Below, in pieces: positions 12,124 to 24,372 of a stretch of 64,000 bases of DNA (position 1 is the first letter of the stretch; each line of letters starts with the position of its first letter). The notes beneath the pieces are model-generated. The model saw nothing but the letters and a program-made list of their open reading frames with translations, was not told the DNA's origin and searched no databases. The translations under genes were made by a program, and so were the position numbers. Origin of the DNA: Mesotaenium endlicherianum (taxonomy: Eukaryota); the NCBI GenBank assembly GCA_009602735.1, contig WELA01003378.1, positions 127,712 to 191,711 on the forward strand. Direction: 5' to 3'.

Positions 12124-14164
12124 ACTTCACACCAGGACCCGTTTCATGTTCGGATTAGCCACCTCTTTTTCCGAGAATCATGCACATGAAGATGCAGGAT
12201 CACTTAAGCAGAGCGCAGCATATGCTTGAAAGCTGTTTGTGTAGAAAAGACGAGGAACTGTGAGTCATGGTGCCACAAAAGAATGCAGACGCTTGTCAGT
12301 ACGTGCAGTATCTGTCCGTAATCAGGACGTGCGATACGGGATTATGACGAGTTTAATCCTGGGGCCATTAGCCACCTCTATATCCTTAGCTACATCCTCA
12401 ACGAGGAATGCATCCCCATGAGAGCCAAAAAGAAGTTATGAAAAGGGCCTCTGGAGGCCTGACCAGTCACACAAAGCCAGTCAGGCCCGGGCCGAGGGCG
12501 TGATTTAAGTGGCATGCAGGTGACGTGCGTGCCAAAATATATGCAGGGAAGCTTATGTGAAGCGGTTCTGCAAGGCGAGCCCTAAACGAGTTTTACTTGA
12601 GGGCACTGGCGAGCATGGGCGCTAGCGAGCATAACGGCGTGCTAACAAGCGCTGACGATGATTTACACGCATATACAACCTGGCTGTACGCGGTGAGGAC
12701 TTAAGTCGCGGTCAAACTTCATGGCCGGAGCTCCCAAGGTCGAGGCAGAACAATGCAGTGGCATCAGAGGAAAACATTTCAAAGCATATTGCTTGTGAGA
12801 CTTTTCAGGTGAAACTTAGACGCAAACTCTTAACGTACTTCGTGCGTCCTCATCAACATTACTGCACTCAAAAAGCATCAGCTAAGGCAGGAGAGTCCAT
12901 TATAAGTCAGTCATGTCTGAGGGTGGCGTCATTTTCAAGGCTCGGCCATCCTTCTTTTCAATTTCGACCATACTCCTGGCTAGTCTCGTGGCGAGTTGCT
13001 TTGCACTTTCAGCAGGGTTGGACATGAAAGAGCATGACTTTGTGTTGTATGGGTAAGGTCTTCTCCTTGGCTGGTCCCCAAGTCACGTCAGCTTGAGGGC
13101 ATGCCACATTCACGAAACAAGTGGTCGAACGTGCTAATATTGCGCAGGCTGCACTTGGCTCCTCTATTTCAGAAAGATATTTGCTGAGGACACATCGTGA
13201 GCCATTTTGTTTCTCAAGCTGATTCAGGTGTTCATTTGATCACTCCGTCAGGAACATTTATGTCCCTAACAATTCAAGTCAGGTGGCATACAAGTGGACC
13301 TCTATGAAGCTGTCCATCTTCATTCAAACAGAGGTACATATACCTGTTCACAATAAGTTCATTGGAAAAGCAGGCTGAGCCGTGGAGCATCCCATGAGGC
13401 TGACGCGCTTTATTCAGGCTATGTGTCTGCTGTGTTTAACATGTATTGGTTCTGTGCGCTGCAAAATTCATAGGTCTGGTCAAAGTCGTTCGCTCCGTGG
13501 ACCACCTTCGACACTGCTTATGCTTTTCACAAAGTTGTGATGTCGGCTGGAGGAACTGCGGGGGAGGCAAGCTTGCATCTTCTTACGAGCTCGGGAGAAC
13601 CGGGCAAACTTCTTATGCGAAAAGTTTTTGCAGGTATATACTGATCCTAAATAAAGGCTAAAAGTATTGGCAGCAGTGGTGGCAAAATTTTGATTTTTGC
13701 CAGCTTTAGTCTCCATTTACTTCTATATTGTTACTGACATAGATGTGAGACGTGATAGACGTCAATTTCTACCAATTTTGCTTCCGGGTTAAAAGGTTGC
13801 GCTTACCTGTTTGGAGATAAAAATTGTGTGGTTACAGTACTCCCTGGTGTAATGAAGCTGGACTTTGACTTAAGTAGAGAATCCAAACCTATGTCAACTC
13901 TCCCTTCCAAGGCTGGTATGTGCCAATTTTCATTCTGCACCCCATGATGTAGCTATCTGCTCATGGTCTTTGTGTAGGCTGAAGAAGAAGATCGAACCTC
14001 TACATTTGGATCCTGAGAGCTCTCCAGCCTAGCTTTTTAGGCTAGTGTTGACATCCAATTCACTACCGAACAGGCATGCATGAGATTGCACACATTGTTT
14101 TCTTCAACATTGCTTACTAATATCTGAAATGTCAATATGGATGTGTATACCAGATTGGCTGCAG

Positions 14165-14871
14165 AATTCAGACCCTGGGCTGCTGTCACAACCGGGCAAA
14201 GATGCCGAAAAAGCATTGGTTCTGGTGCCTGTGGGGCAAATGGGTTGGCCTGCTAGCATCTGTCGGGCTACTGAGTACTACTCCTCTCGCTGCAAGTTAA
14301 CAGAAGGGCCAGGTCAATTTCTCATTCCATGCTGTATATACCGAGGTCAGAGTAAGGTGATTGCTTTCAGAAATCATGATGCCGAAGAGGTACGGATGAT
14401 GTAGCAAATTTGGTCCGGCCTGTCCTGACAATGGTTGATACATCAGATGAAGGGGCTTCTGGCACATTGACTAAATGCCTCACTGATGTTGGTTGGTGCA
14501 TCTCAAGCCGTCAGGTACCGCTGCAGCTGACTAGCTCGCGTGATAATGATGGAGGCGGATCTGTCTCTCGTGTGCAATATAAGCCACTTGCTCGGTCTGT
14601 GCAGGTCAACATCATCTTCCTATACCAGCACATTCCCATTATGAAGTTTCCTGATAACTACGGGTGGTTATTTGCTTGTTGTCTGCAGGGTCTACATGTT
14701 ATTCAAATGGCACCATGTGTAGACTGCCAAAGTTGCACACCAAAGCCGAAGATTTATGTCAACCAATATCATCACGATCATCAGTCATACATGTTGGCCT
14801 TGCTATCACTGACAATTTCTTGCACTTACCCTTTTTCGCCGACACAGTACTGTTGGGGCTTGCTATGCTGA
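14165..14871 (+). CDS. Possible exons of an unidentified spliced gene divergent from TAF2
   Basis: AG/GT-bounded segments at about 14165-14312, 14447-14604 and 14689-14871 chain in frame; more + strand splice-like sites lie at 13.0-14.0 kb. No recognisable domain. Confidence 0.25.
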
Positions 14872-15661
14872 TGGTTGGTGCATGTGTCCTCAAGATTGTG
14901 TTAAACAGCAGGCTCACTATGGCCGAAGAACATCTACAGCTACTATTTAAAACTGGCTCGTTAGGAGAGGAAGATGGTAATGAGCCTGTGTTAGAAGGGG
15001 CATGGAAATTGCATGCCTTCCAGCCTAGTCCTGGGGGGAACTTATATGTTCAGACAGGCTCAACCAGGTCTTACGAAGACTTTACTGCAAAGGGACACAG
15101 CAGCCAAGGGCGTGCTTGGAATGAAGCGCGCTGTCAACTTCTCCTTCAGAGTCAGCTGCCCATGCAACCTGCTGCATGCTTCTACTACCGCTGCAGCTCT
15201 CAAAACTCAAGGCTGTTTTCCACATCGGCAGAAGGACGATGGGACAGAGATATCAGTGGGTCAGGCAGACTACTGCGACTTCTATAATGAGATGATCATT
15301 ATTACATGTCCTTTGCTGCTTCATTGTATTGGTTTTCTAGTGGATGTTTATCTTGAACAATCATTGTGTACTCAAACCCTTCAAGAGACACAACCAATCT
15401 TGAACGTAGTTTTCTGATGCATTAGCATGTCAAGCAGCTCATGAAACGACCCTGTCACATAATTTTACTAGGCTAGTAACGTAAGCAACCGAGCTTGCTG
15501 ATTGAAGTAGCATTGATGCTGTAGAGCACAATCTCCAAAAGCTGGCCAACGACACTTCTGACGAGGACAAAATATAGTGTTCTCATAGAATCTACAATGA
15601 GCCCTATTGGATAACAGTGACTAGTTTGGGCAGAAACCAACAGGTACATCTTCCAGTAAAT

Positions 15662-18600
15662 TTATGCATTCGCAATTATCTCATGGACCAATAAACTTAC
15701 GGCCTGGTCTTCTGACCTAGCTACAAGTTTCATCGCGACATTCTTGCTGGCATCAATGCCAAAGGACAGCCGCACCAGAGACTGGATGTAGCCCATAAAC
15801 ATGCCAGAAAGTAAGCACGTGTGCGACCGTGCGTTGCCAGCAACTTCTTCGGTACCCTGCAAAATGAACCAGAACTAGCTCTTTAGCAATGAACGCTAGA
15901 CATATTGAATCAGAATATCTGTGGATTTTTTTCTCACGAACAGACCTCCGAGCAAGCGATTCAATTTCATTCATTAAAACGCCCCCGCTAAGGCCTTTGC
16001 AGACAGGTGCCGCAGCCTTAGCCACCTATGGTACCCCCCCTCTCTATGCTCAAAGAGACTGCCCCCTCCCATACGATACCATCCAACAAAACAACCAGGG
16101 AAATTGATCAAAGCAGCCCAGCTGCCCAAGCAAGGCAAAGCCTGAACATGGCCTCTCACGACAGCGCCCCAAGGGCGCACTGTGTTTTAATAAAACACAT
16201 TGGTAAACAAAAGCCAAATGCCTTCCACACTCAAAATTCATGTTGGCCAGACTGGGCCAAATCAAGTTCGTCACGACATACTCCACACACTTGCCAAAGC
16301 TCTTCGGAGTACAACTAACGTACTCAATGTACCCACACAACAAGGCGCAAAGGTGGCTCTCACCGGAATTGCGTGAGGGGGGCTTTAGTAAAAATTCCTA
16401 ACTTGCCCACTTACTTGCCTATCATGTCATGCATCAGACAGTTCCTTCACTGTAATATATTCAGCCGCCACATGCTATGCTCGGTTCATTTATCCACAAC
16501 CATCAGATTATGTACTAGCGTTCTAGAACAACCACCAGAGGGGCGAAATTGCACACAACAAGCAATCAATCACAATGCATAGGCAGCGCGAACTTACTTC
16601 ACAAGGTTGCATTCCAAGGATCGAGATGACGGCCTCCACAGCTTCCTGCAAGCTGTCTCTGACACCGAGCCCGTACTCGTCCACTTTCTCCAGGTCAGGA
16701 TCCATACCCTCCCATGCGTTCCGGAAGTTTGACACTCCTGACTTCAGTATGTAGTCAGCTGCTGCTACCTGCACTCAGGAACATGAAGGTCATATCAAGA
16801 ACTCGACATGGCGACCATATGCCCAACTTACGGGGATCCTACCACAAATCTGACACACAGGTTTAGGATTAATCTATTAACAGGGTTCAGAAGCTTGAAA
16901 ATTTCCTGGCGGCCTTTCAACGCTTACCTCAAGATCTTCCAGTTGATACTCATCCTCGTAACCATCCTCCTCGGCTTCTCCAGTAGAAGGATCAACCTGA
17001 TACCCAGAGATTGGCCAGCCAGAGAAACAATTTTGGAGCATTGCAGAAGCAGAGTGCTACAGCTGGGACATCATCCAGCATTATGACCTGCAACCTGACC
17101 TGCCAAGCTGTGCAACAGGCCTCTTCTACAGAGAGAGGCACAAGAATGGTAGTGACACACGTCGCAGGCAGCGAGACTGGTGCTTCCTTACCTCCTTGAC
17201 ACGAAACTTCAGAGTGTTGGCAAACTTGGCCAGGGACAAGCTTCCATCTGGCTTGGCGAGAGCCACAAAGGTCTGACCTGGTGCACCATAAGACAGCACC
17301 TTGAGAGGCACGGAGGCCACCTCCTCGAACTCTTCAGCCTCCGTCAAGTCCATTTCTACCTTTACCTGCAACCTTGGAAGAAGAGCCCACATATAAGAAG
17401 ACATCAAAGAATACCGCAGACAGCATACTGCACCATTATGAGGGAAAGAATTCCTCATTGCCCACTCATGGCCGTTGCTTTCGGTTGGTAGAGATCAGAA
17501 AGCAGTGAAACTCACGTCTTCGAGGACTTGCTCGGCGATAGTGTTGGTGCAATTGAACTGGAATACGAGGTGGCCAGGGAACACGTGCTTCACTACATTG
17601 ACTGCATACTCTGTCTCCGCTTCCGTCAACTCCACTGGTGCACAAGACTGCCATCCTCGAAACCCACCACGACGTCTGTCAGATAGAACTTCTGCATTAG
17701 ACAGGCCGTTGAGTCACATGATGCTTGTGCTTGCATGAAGAATGTCAAAGAGCTGAGCAACCATGTCTGCTTCTCCTCATCTTTGTCAATCGTTACATCC
17801 AAATGGATTGAAGTCACCAGCATGCAGCACCTTGACATACATGCAGACGGCAGACAACTAACTGACCTTGAACAGTTTGCCAAAGCTACTAAACTCCGGC
17901 ACTGCATTAAGAAGCTTCTGGTAGGCTTCGCTGGCAGCCGCGGCAGAAGTAGGCATGCCGTTGGAGGTGGCCTTCTGAGCAGCGTCCTTGGCTGCTTTCT
18001 TCGCGCCAGGCGCCCTTCTGTCCATAGGCAGGCCTCGCACCTCTCGGGGGACTGCTGCCAAGTCAAATGGCCTGGTTGTGTCCTGTTACAAAGCAGCAGC
18101 CTCAAGCCCACCGTCTGTCAGTTACCAATCTAAACAGAGACCGCACTGGACATGAGCCTAGCAGTTAGGGTGGGGGATCTGAGGGCAAGGAGTGCCGACT
18201 TACTGCACTGACATACGACCGCAGGCTGTTCTCCAGATTGGCGAGGGGGACATCAAGGTGCTCCAGCATGAACGTGTCAGCCCCATCTGGTGCAACTGTT
18301 GCACTGTTATCCGCGTCCAGAACATTCAAGTACAGCGTTGCTCTGTCGCGGACCTGCAACTCCATCCCCACAACTTCTCATTGCCACCAACAAAGAACCT
18401 ACATATTTTTAGAGAGGAGTACAAGACGTGGCATACTTGTACAGGGCTTCTCAAGCAGATGATGAAGTGGTAAACTGGCCGGAGCAATCTAGAAGCAGAA
18501 ACCAGTGGAGAGCTTACCTCGTCGTCATTGTCGTACAGGCAGCGCCTCAACAGCACTACGATGCGGGGCTGCACGGAAGTTCGCAGTTGCATTCAGTAGT

Positions 18601-21600
18601 CCAACCTTTAACAAACTGGGATAGCTACGTTGGTGCCTTGCCGACACCCAGAAGGTAAAACACTGCTGGAAATTGTGATGGTAATCCACTGAGGGAACAA
18701 TGCCTTTTGTAGATACGCTGCGTCTTTACAAGCATTTAGACTGGAAGGTGCCTGCATTTTCCATGCGCTGCACTAGCCCAAGCATGAGATGGCAACCCAA
18801 GGTCCGTGGCCAGGACATACTTTCAAAGTCTCCGATGCGGCACCGAACTTGGCGAGGGTGCTGACAGCACTCGCACGCACAGTGGCATTCTCCAGGATGA
18901 CGCGGTTGTAGATATACCGGATGTACTTACTGGGGTCGGCTGTCTTGGGACCCTCATCTCCGAGCAGATGAAGGATCTGCATCACACCCACATTAAAAGG
19001 GGCAGCAGTGAGAGCTGCACTTAATGGCCCACACAGAACATATGAAAATGATGAAATATGTTGCAGAAGCTCAACACAACAGGAAACTGAAATCATATCA
19101 AGACCTTACGCCCATACATGACTACAGGGAATGTGCACCTGTGTGGAAAGGTAAGTAAACTCGCAGTCTTCAATGAATTCGCAAAGGTGTGAGAGGCCAC
19201 TCTCTTTAGCGTCCGGAATTTCTCTTATCAGGATGAGAATAGAGTCCACAATGGCCTTCTTATAATCAAAGCCACCCTCCTCTCGCAAGATGTTGCTCAA
19301 GAAGTTCATCCTGCACAGCGGCACTTCAGCATAAGCCTCATCCCCTGGGCTCATAATAAAAGAATAATTGCACATAATTACTTCGAAGCAACAATCCACT
19401 GAATGGGCTCAACAGGGCAGGACAGCCAATGTCCTGTCAAGTTCATAAAGTGTCCGTGAAGCATGGATCTGCAAAAATAACATGCGAAGTTTCACTCTTC
19501 ATCTCCCATTGGCTGGCGAAAAACTCACAGGGTGCGGTACTTCTGGGGGTACTTAAGGCACAGGGAGCGAATGGCCTCCACCACCACGATCTTAAATTCG
19601 TCAGCGATATCAGACATGAAGTTGGTAATCTGCTTCATCAGACGATCGACACTCGCCTCGTTTCCAGTCTTCAAGAGGGTTGTGATTGCGAGAGTGGCAA
19701 TGCTACGGTTCTGGTCAGAAATCAAGGTCTCCATGTCGATGTTGCAGATAGCAACCGCTGCCGGGTGTGTCATGGCTACCTGCAAAAGACCAGGGAGATT
19801 ATCTTTGCTTAAACATTACAGTCTTCCTGTCACTATTTAGACAAACAATCAAGTCTCCCACTTATCTGCCGCAAACTCTACCCTTACGGGAAGTGCAGAG
19901 GCGAGCAGGCACAGAGAGACCGTATAAACGGCACTTGGGTTAGATCTTTGGCTCAGTCCGAATCCTGATTGGTGCGAGCTTTACCATGGAACAGATACCC
20001 AAAAGAAATTACTACATAATATTCGAGGGCTAATGCAGAGACAAGCAGCACCGCCTTCAGAACTGGCCAACCCCATACAATCAAGTGAGCAAAACAGGCC
20101 ATGGGTCAGGAGACAATAGCACAGATGAGTGTGCAACCCACCTTATTCAGAGTTCGCACAGCAGCGAAACGTAAGACTGGCTTGGATGAGCTCAGAAATA
20201 GTTGCAAAACAGTGATGGCAGGTGTCAGCTCTCTACTAGTCACACCAGTCAGGTCAGTAATAGCTCGTGCAGCCTCAAAGATGACCATCTCTGTCTTCTG
20301 CCTCAGGCAACTTTCCAGAAACTCGTAAAAAGGGCGCTCGCCACTACTATTTGTCCCAGCGGACTCTTCAATCACCTACATGCCAACACCATCCCACCTC
20401 TCATGATTTATTAGTACCACTCAACACTGACCAGGTTAATCAACAATGCAGATCAGCGTGAAGGTCTTCAATGACGGAGCGCAGAAAAGAAGCTTATCAA
20501 ACTGCCTCAAGACTCCTATCAAAGATGTTCACATCTACATGAAGAAATGAACGAGATACTGATGCAACTTCCTCCTCAGTCAGGGTTTAGGTTTTGAAGC
20601 AGCAGCATACCTGGCTTGTGTATCGAATGAGCAGGCATTGGGCAAGAGGCGATCGCACAGTGCCTTTTGTCAGACTCGACACGAGTTTGCTCACAGCCAG
20701 CCTGTCATTTTGCCTGATCTGCATGTTTGAACCACAGATACTGTCAAACAAGCAACAATCACCTTGCTTGCTCAACATTCGTCCTTGGATGATTGGACAC
20801 TGATCTATCCTATTAATAATCCATTCACCATGGCAATGGCATACGTATAAGAAGAGGCTAACACTCCAAGGAACATGATACCACCATCAACCCACTTTAA
20901 TAATCTACTTGACACTTGACAACATAGCAGAAGCAGCCATTGGTGTCAGTTGCCCATTTAAGGAAGTATATTGTCATGCGGGTAATACAAACCTGATGGA
21001 GCAGAGCTAATGCATGAAATTGCACCAGCGGTGCTTTTGACTGGACTGCTTCCTGCACCTCATTGCTCCATCGCTTTACAATATCCGGGTTTGTCTGCAG
21101 AACAAGAACCTTATTTGTTAGCATCCTTGACTAGCAAACAGCAACAAGCTGATAGACGTGTCAGTTTGGAGCTCAAGAAACGCCGGGTGTGGATGTGCAT
21201 CGGAAAGGAGGCCAACCTGTAGCAGATGAATGCCGCTGACAAGTGCTGCACTAGAAACAACTGGATTTTTGTCAACCACAGCTTGCTTCAGATAGCGTTC
21301 AATCTGGCCCAGTAGACCACCGTCTGTGATGCGACACAAGACTCTGATGGCATTGGCTCTGTACAAGTCAGTCTTGCTATTCATGTCCTTCATCAGCGAA
21401 CTTGTAACAATGATGACCTGCAACAGCTCCAAAATACACAAAAACGTCAGAGCACATATGAGACAAAAATGGGAACCTTGCCTGAGGCCAATCACAAGCT
21501 TGCAAAAGAAGAACCACTAACCTCATCCGCTGAAGGAGATATTTCCTTTATCATCAAATAAAGAAAACGCCGAAGACCGATGTCACTCGACTGAAAAAGC

Positions 21601-22577
21601 TTGGTAACGGAAAAAAAAACCTCCGTAGCTTCCGTCTGCACAATCAAACAAATTTTTCTCCAGAATGTTACAGAAACATTACGTAAGATGCACAGAATGT
21701 GAGCTGGTCGATGTAATTTAAAGCAGTTCAAACAAGTGTGCGGCAGTCAGCATACCTTGGTAAAGATCTCGCCTTGATTTAAAAGGTAGAGCAGCTTCGT
21801 AATGACCTGCACTCAAAACAATGACAAGTGAGAAGCTCCTTTTCACGCGCTTCCTCTCATGGCTCAGAGATACTGATCAGATGCACCAAAGGAGCTAGTT
21901 GGAAAGGGCGAGAACTGACCTGTGCACATCTACGTGCATCAAGCTGGGGATCATTGAATACACGGGCTTCCTGCAGTACAGCCCCCTTTTCAATGCCATA
22001 GAATGGAGAATACTCCGCTGCTCAAATTACAACAAGAAGGGTGACCTCAAATCGTGCATGGTCATGATTACTACCTACCCTTGCCAGCATTCAAATGGAT
22101 ACTTGACACAAGTACGGCAAGGCTTCGTGATGTAAGCGGCACCAAAATGGGAGCACGGACAAAGCTATGATTTGTAAGTCGAGCTTAGAAGCACATAGGC
22201 CGTTGCAAACAACATGTACACCAGGTATTGAAAATGCTTCAGTCGTCATTTATTGCTAAACAACCTGACCTAGACATTTTCAAATATATCCAAACATACG
22301 GCAAAGACAGTACATGACTATCATGCTAATTACTTCTCTGCTATTGTTAGGTAGCATCGGCTGCCAGGGCATTCCCTCATACAAGTCATCATTGATGCCT
22401 GGCCTTTGTTCTCGGACCCAAGACGAAGTGGTTATTAATGACAAAGGGCGAGTCATTGCGAGCAACATAGCTTCGAGGCTACTAACAAGAATGACGCTAC
22501 GAGTGGTATAATGAGCTCATCTTACTTTCATCCTCTCTGTCCTCGTCCTTTTTGTTCCCGGGTTGTAGAAGAGCCAT
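15662..22577 (-). CDS. COPG: Coatomer subunit gamma (gamma-COP/Sec21), about 19 coding exons
   Basis: [148 protein letters not shown]-stop. Introns checked are canonical GT-AG. ATG at 22577, TAA at 15662. Confidence 0.96.
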
Positions 22578-22645
22578 GGTACCTCCTTGACCAGAAATCC
22601 ACAGTACTAATACAACAAGATTTTACATGCAAAAGTTAGTTGCCC

Positions 22646-22941
22646 TGTTAACATAACCCGATGATCACACCCTCGTTGTGAGCTCCTCCCTCGTGCAAGG
22701 AGCAGGGGGCGGGTGGTAACTACCACTCCGGAGTCCGGACTGCTCTCTCGGGTCGGGAGCACTTCGGACTCCGGAGCCGAGGTAATTAAGTTTCCTTTGA
22801 TAACTCTCGATCTTTTTGTGGATACGCTCGAGCACTACTATTAATAGTGCTCCATTATTGTTCACTATAGTGGTTCTCGGGTCACTAAATTGTTGTGCCT
22901 AACCGTGTCGAGACCAGAGGCAAACGTGATGGCTTCTTACA
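22646..22941. mobile_element. Putative LTR remnant (TG...CA, 296 bp, hairpin-rich) at the edge of the TE block
   Basis: Starts TGTTAA, ends CTTACA and truncates the neighbouring gag. No TSD and no second copy in the window. Confidence 0.35.
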
Positions 22942-23464
22942 TGTGTAAATTGAAACAGGTCAAATGTCGGCGTGTTTTCACGGGTGGATCTTCAATCTGG
23001 TTGATCACCAAGTACCGACATTTACACGTGTCTCGGTCGCAAGTTGCTCCGCTCAGTTGTCTCTGGATATTAGCAAGAGGCACAACAGCAGGTACAACGA
23101 GAGGTGGATTTTGAGGATTGGCCCTCTCCGCCACTTGTGCAATTGCCCTGGCATCAGTCAGGCGTCTCTCCTCCGCTACTGCATCCTCCTCAGCTTTAGC
23201 CAAACGTTCAACTTCTACTTTGACACACTCCTCCTCAGCGTGCTCGGCTGCTACTGCAGCCCGAGCCGCCGCCGCTGCCGCTTCCTCGGCTTCCCTAGCT
23301 TCTCCAGCTACCACAGCATCAGCATAAGTGCGAGATCCCTTTTTACGATTTTTGTCTGACCTTCCATGTTATCATCTTTTTGACCCTCCATGTTTTGAGA
23401 GTTTCTAGTTTGAGACCGGGTCTCTGCGACCATTCATAAAATTGTGATAAGCACTTCGATACCA
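22942..23464 (-). pseudogene. Family A PBS (23453-23464) and truncated, frameshifted gag 5' end (ATG 23433)
   Basis: MVAETRSQTRNSQNME...AREAEEAAAAA is homologous to the gag at 57537. PBS reads TGGTATCGAAGT. Confidence 0.8.
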
Positions 23465-23465
23465 C

Positions 23466-24187
23466 TAAAATAAATTGACTTACTTATAAGCGATCAACAT
23501 TTGATAACAGATCTTTATACCAACAAGTACTCTGTATGGTGTTTTCTTATTAACTTATTAAATTTCAAAAGACCACACAACTAGTGTAAGCAATACTCAC
23601 AAGTCAAATGCAAGTAACGAGCATCAATCATGCAATCAATGAGCTCATATACACGCAAAGTTAGTAAGCTGTTCGTGTAATGGCTTGCAGCCTTGGATTC
23701 AAATATTCCCTCAGTAATCTGTTCAGAGACCTGGCCTCGTCTTTGAATGCCGAACTCGATAACAATACCTAGCATATGTACATGGAATGAGTTTATTAAT
23801 CAACCAGCAAGTGTGATTGTACCGCCTACTCGGGAGTTAACCTCGTCAGTAGGACACTGGCTAACAAACTCCACAGCCATCTCCCATCATCCCGAATTGC
23901 CATCCACCCAAGGGTGTCATCTTGCCATCCACCTAGTCTACCACACTCAGATACATAATTAGGCAATTCACGGGTACCGCGTACGGCTGTCAGTTGACTG
24001 TCAAAGAATGTGTCAGCAAGCTGATTTAAGTAGAATTTAGCCTGTTGCTCTCGGCTAAGTCATTACACTGAATATTACTAAAAGTCCAGCAGACTTCATG
24101 CATATTAACTAAAGATTAGCAAATTGAACTTATTTAGCTATTATATTTATATGAATATTATATCTACCAATATACTCCTTCATCACA
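23466..24187 (-). mobile_element. LTR family A (about 722 bp) with a PPT upstream (24188-24200) and a PBS downstream
   Basis: The reverse complement aligns to the LTRs at 24956, 36621 and 56783. Confidence 0.88.
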
Positions 24188-24372
24188 ATCCCTTCTAACT
24201 CAAATTGTTGTCGCTTCGACAACGTTAAGACACTATTCTAATCACAACAAACTAATACCAGCATTCTCATACTAAGACACTATTCTAATAACAGCAAATC
24301 AATACAGCATTCTAAATTCTATGTTCCCGCAACTCTATCTCCAAAAAAGCTAAACCTAGACCTTGATCTCAA

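Noticed and set aside
12470..12600. Site II, ACGT-core and telo-box-like promoter motifs upstream of TAF2
   Set aside because: Only partial consensus matches, which are expected by chance.
22655..22720. Hammerhead ribozyme (retrozyme-like)
   Set aside because: CCGATGA plus a stem is present, but the CTGATGA and GAAA core is not.
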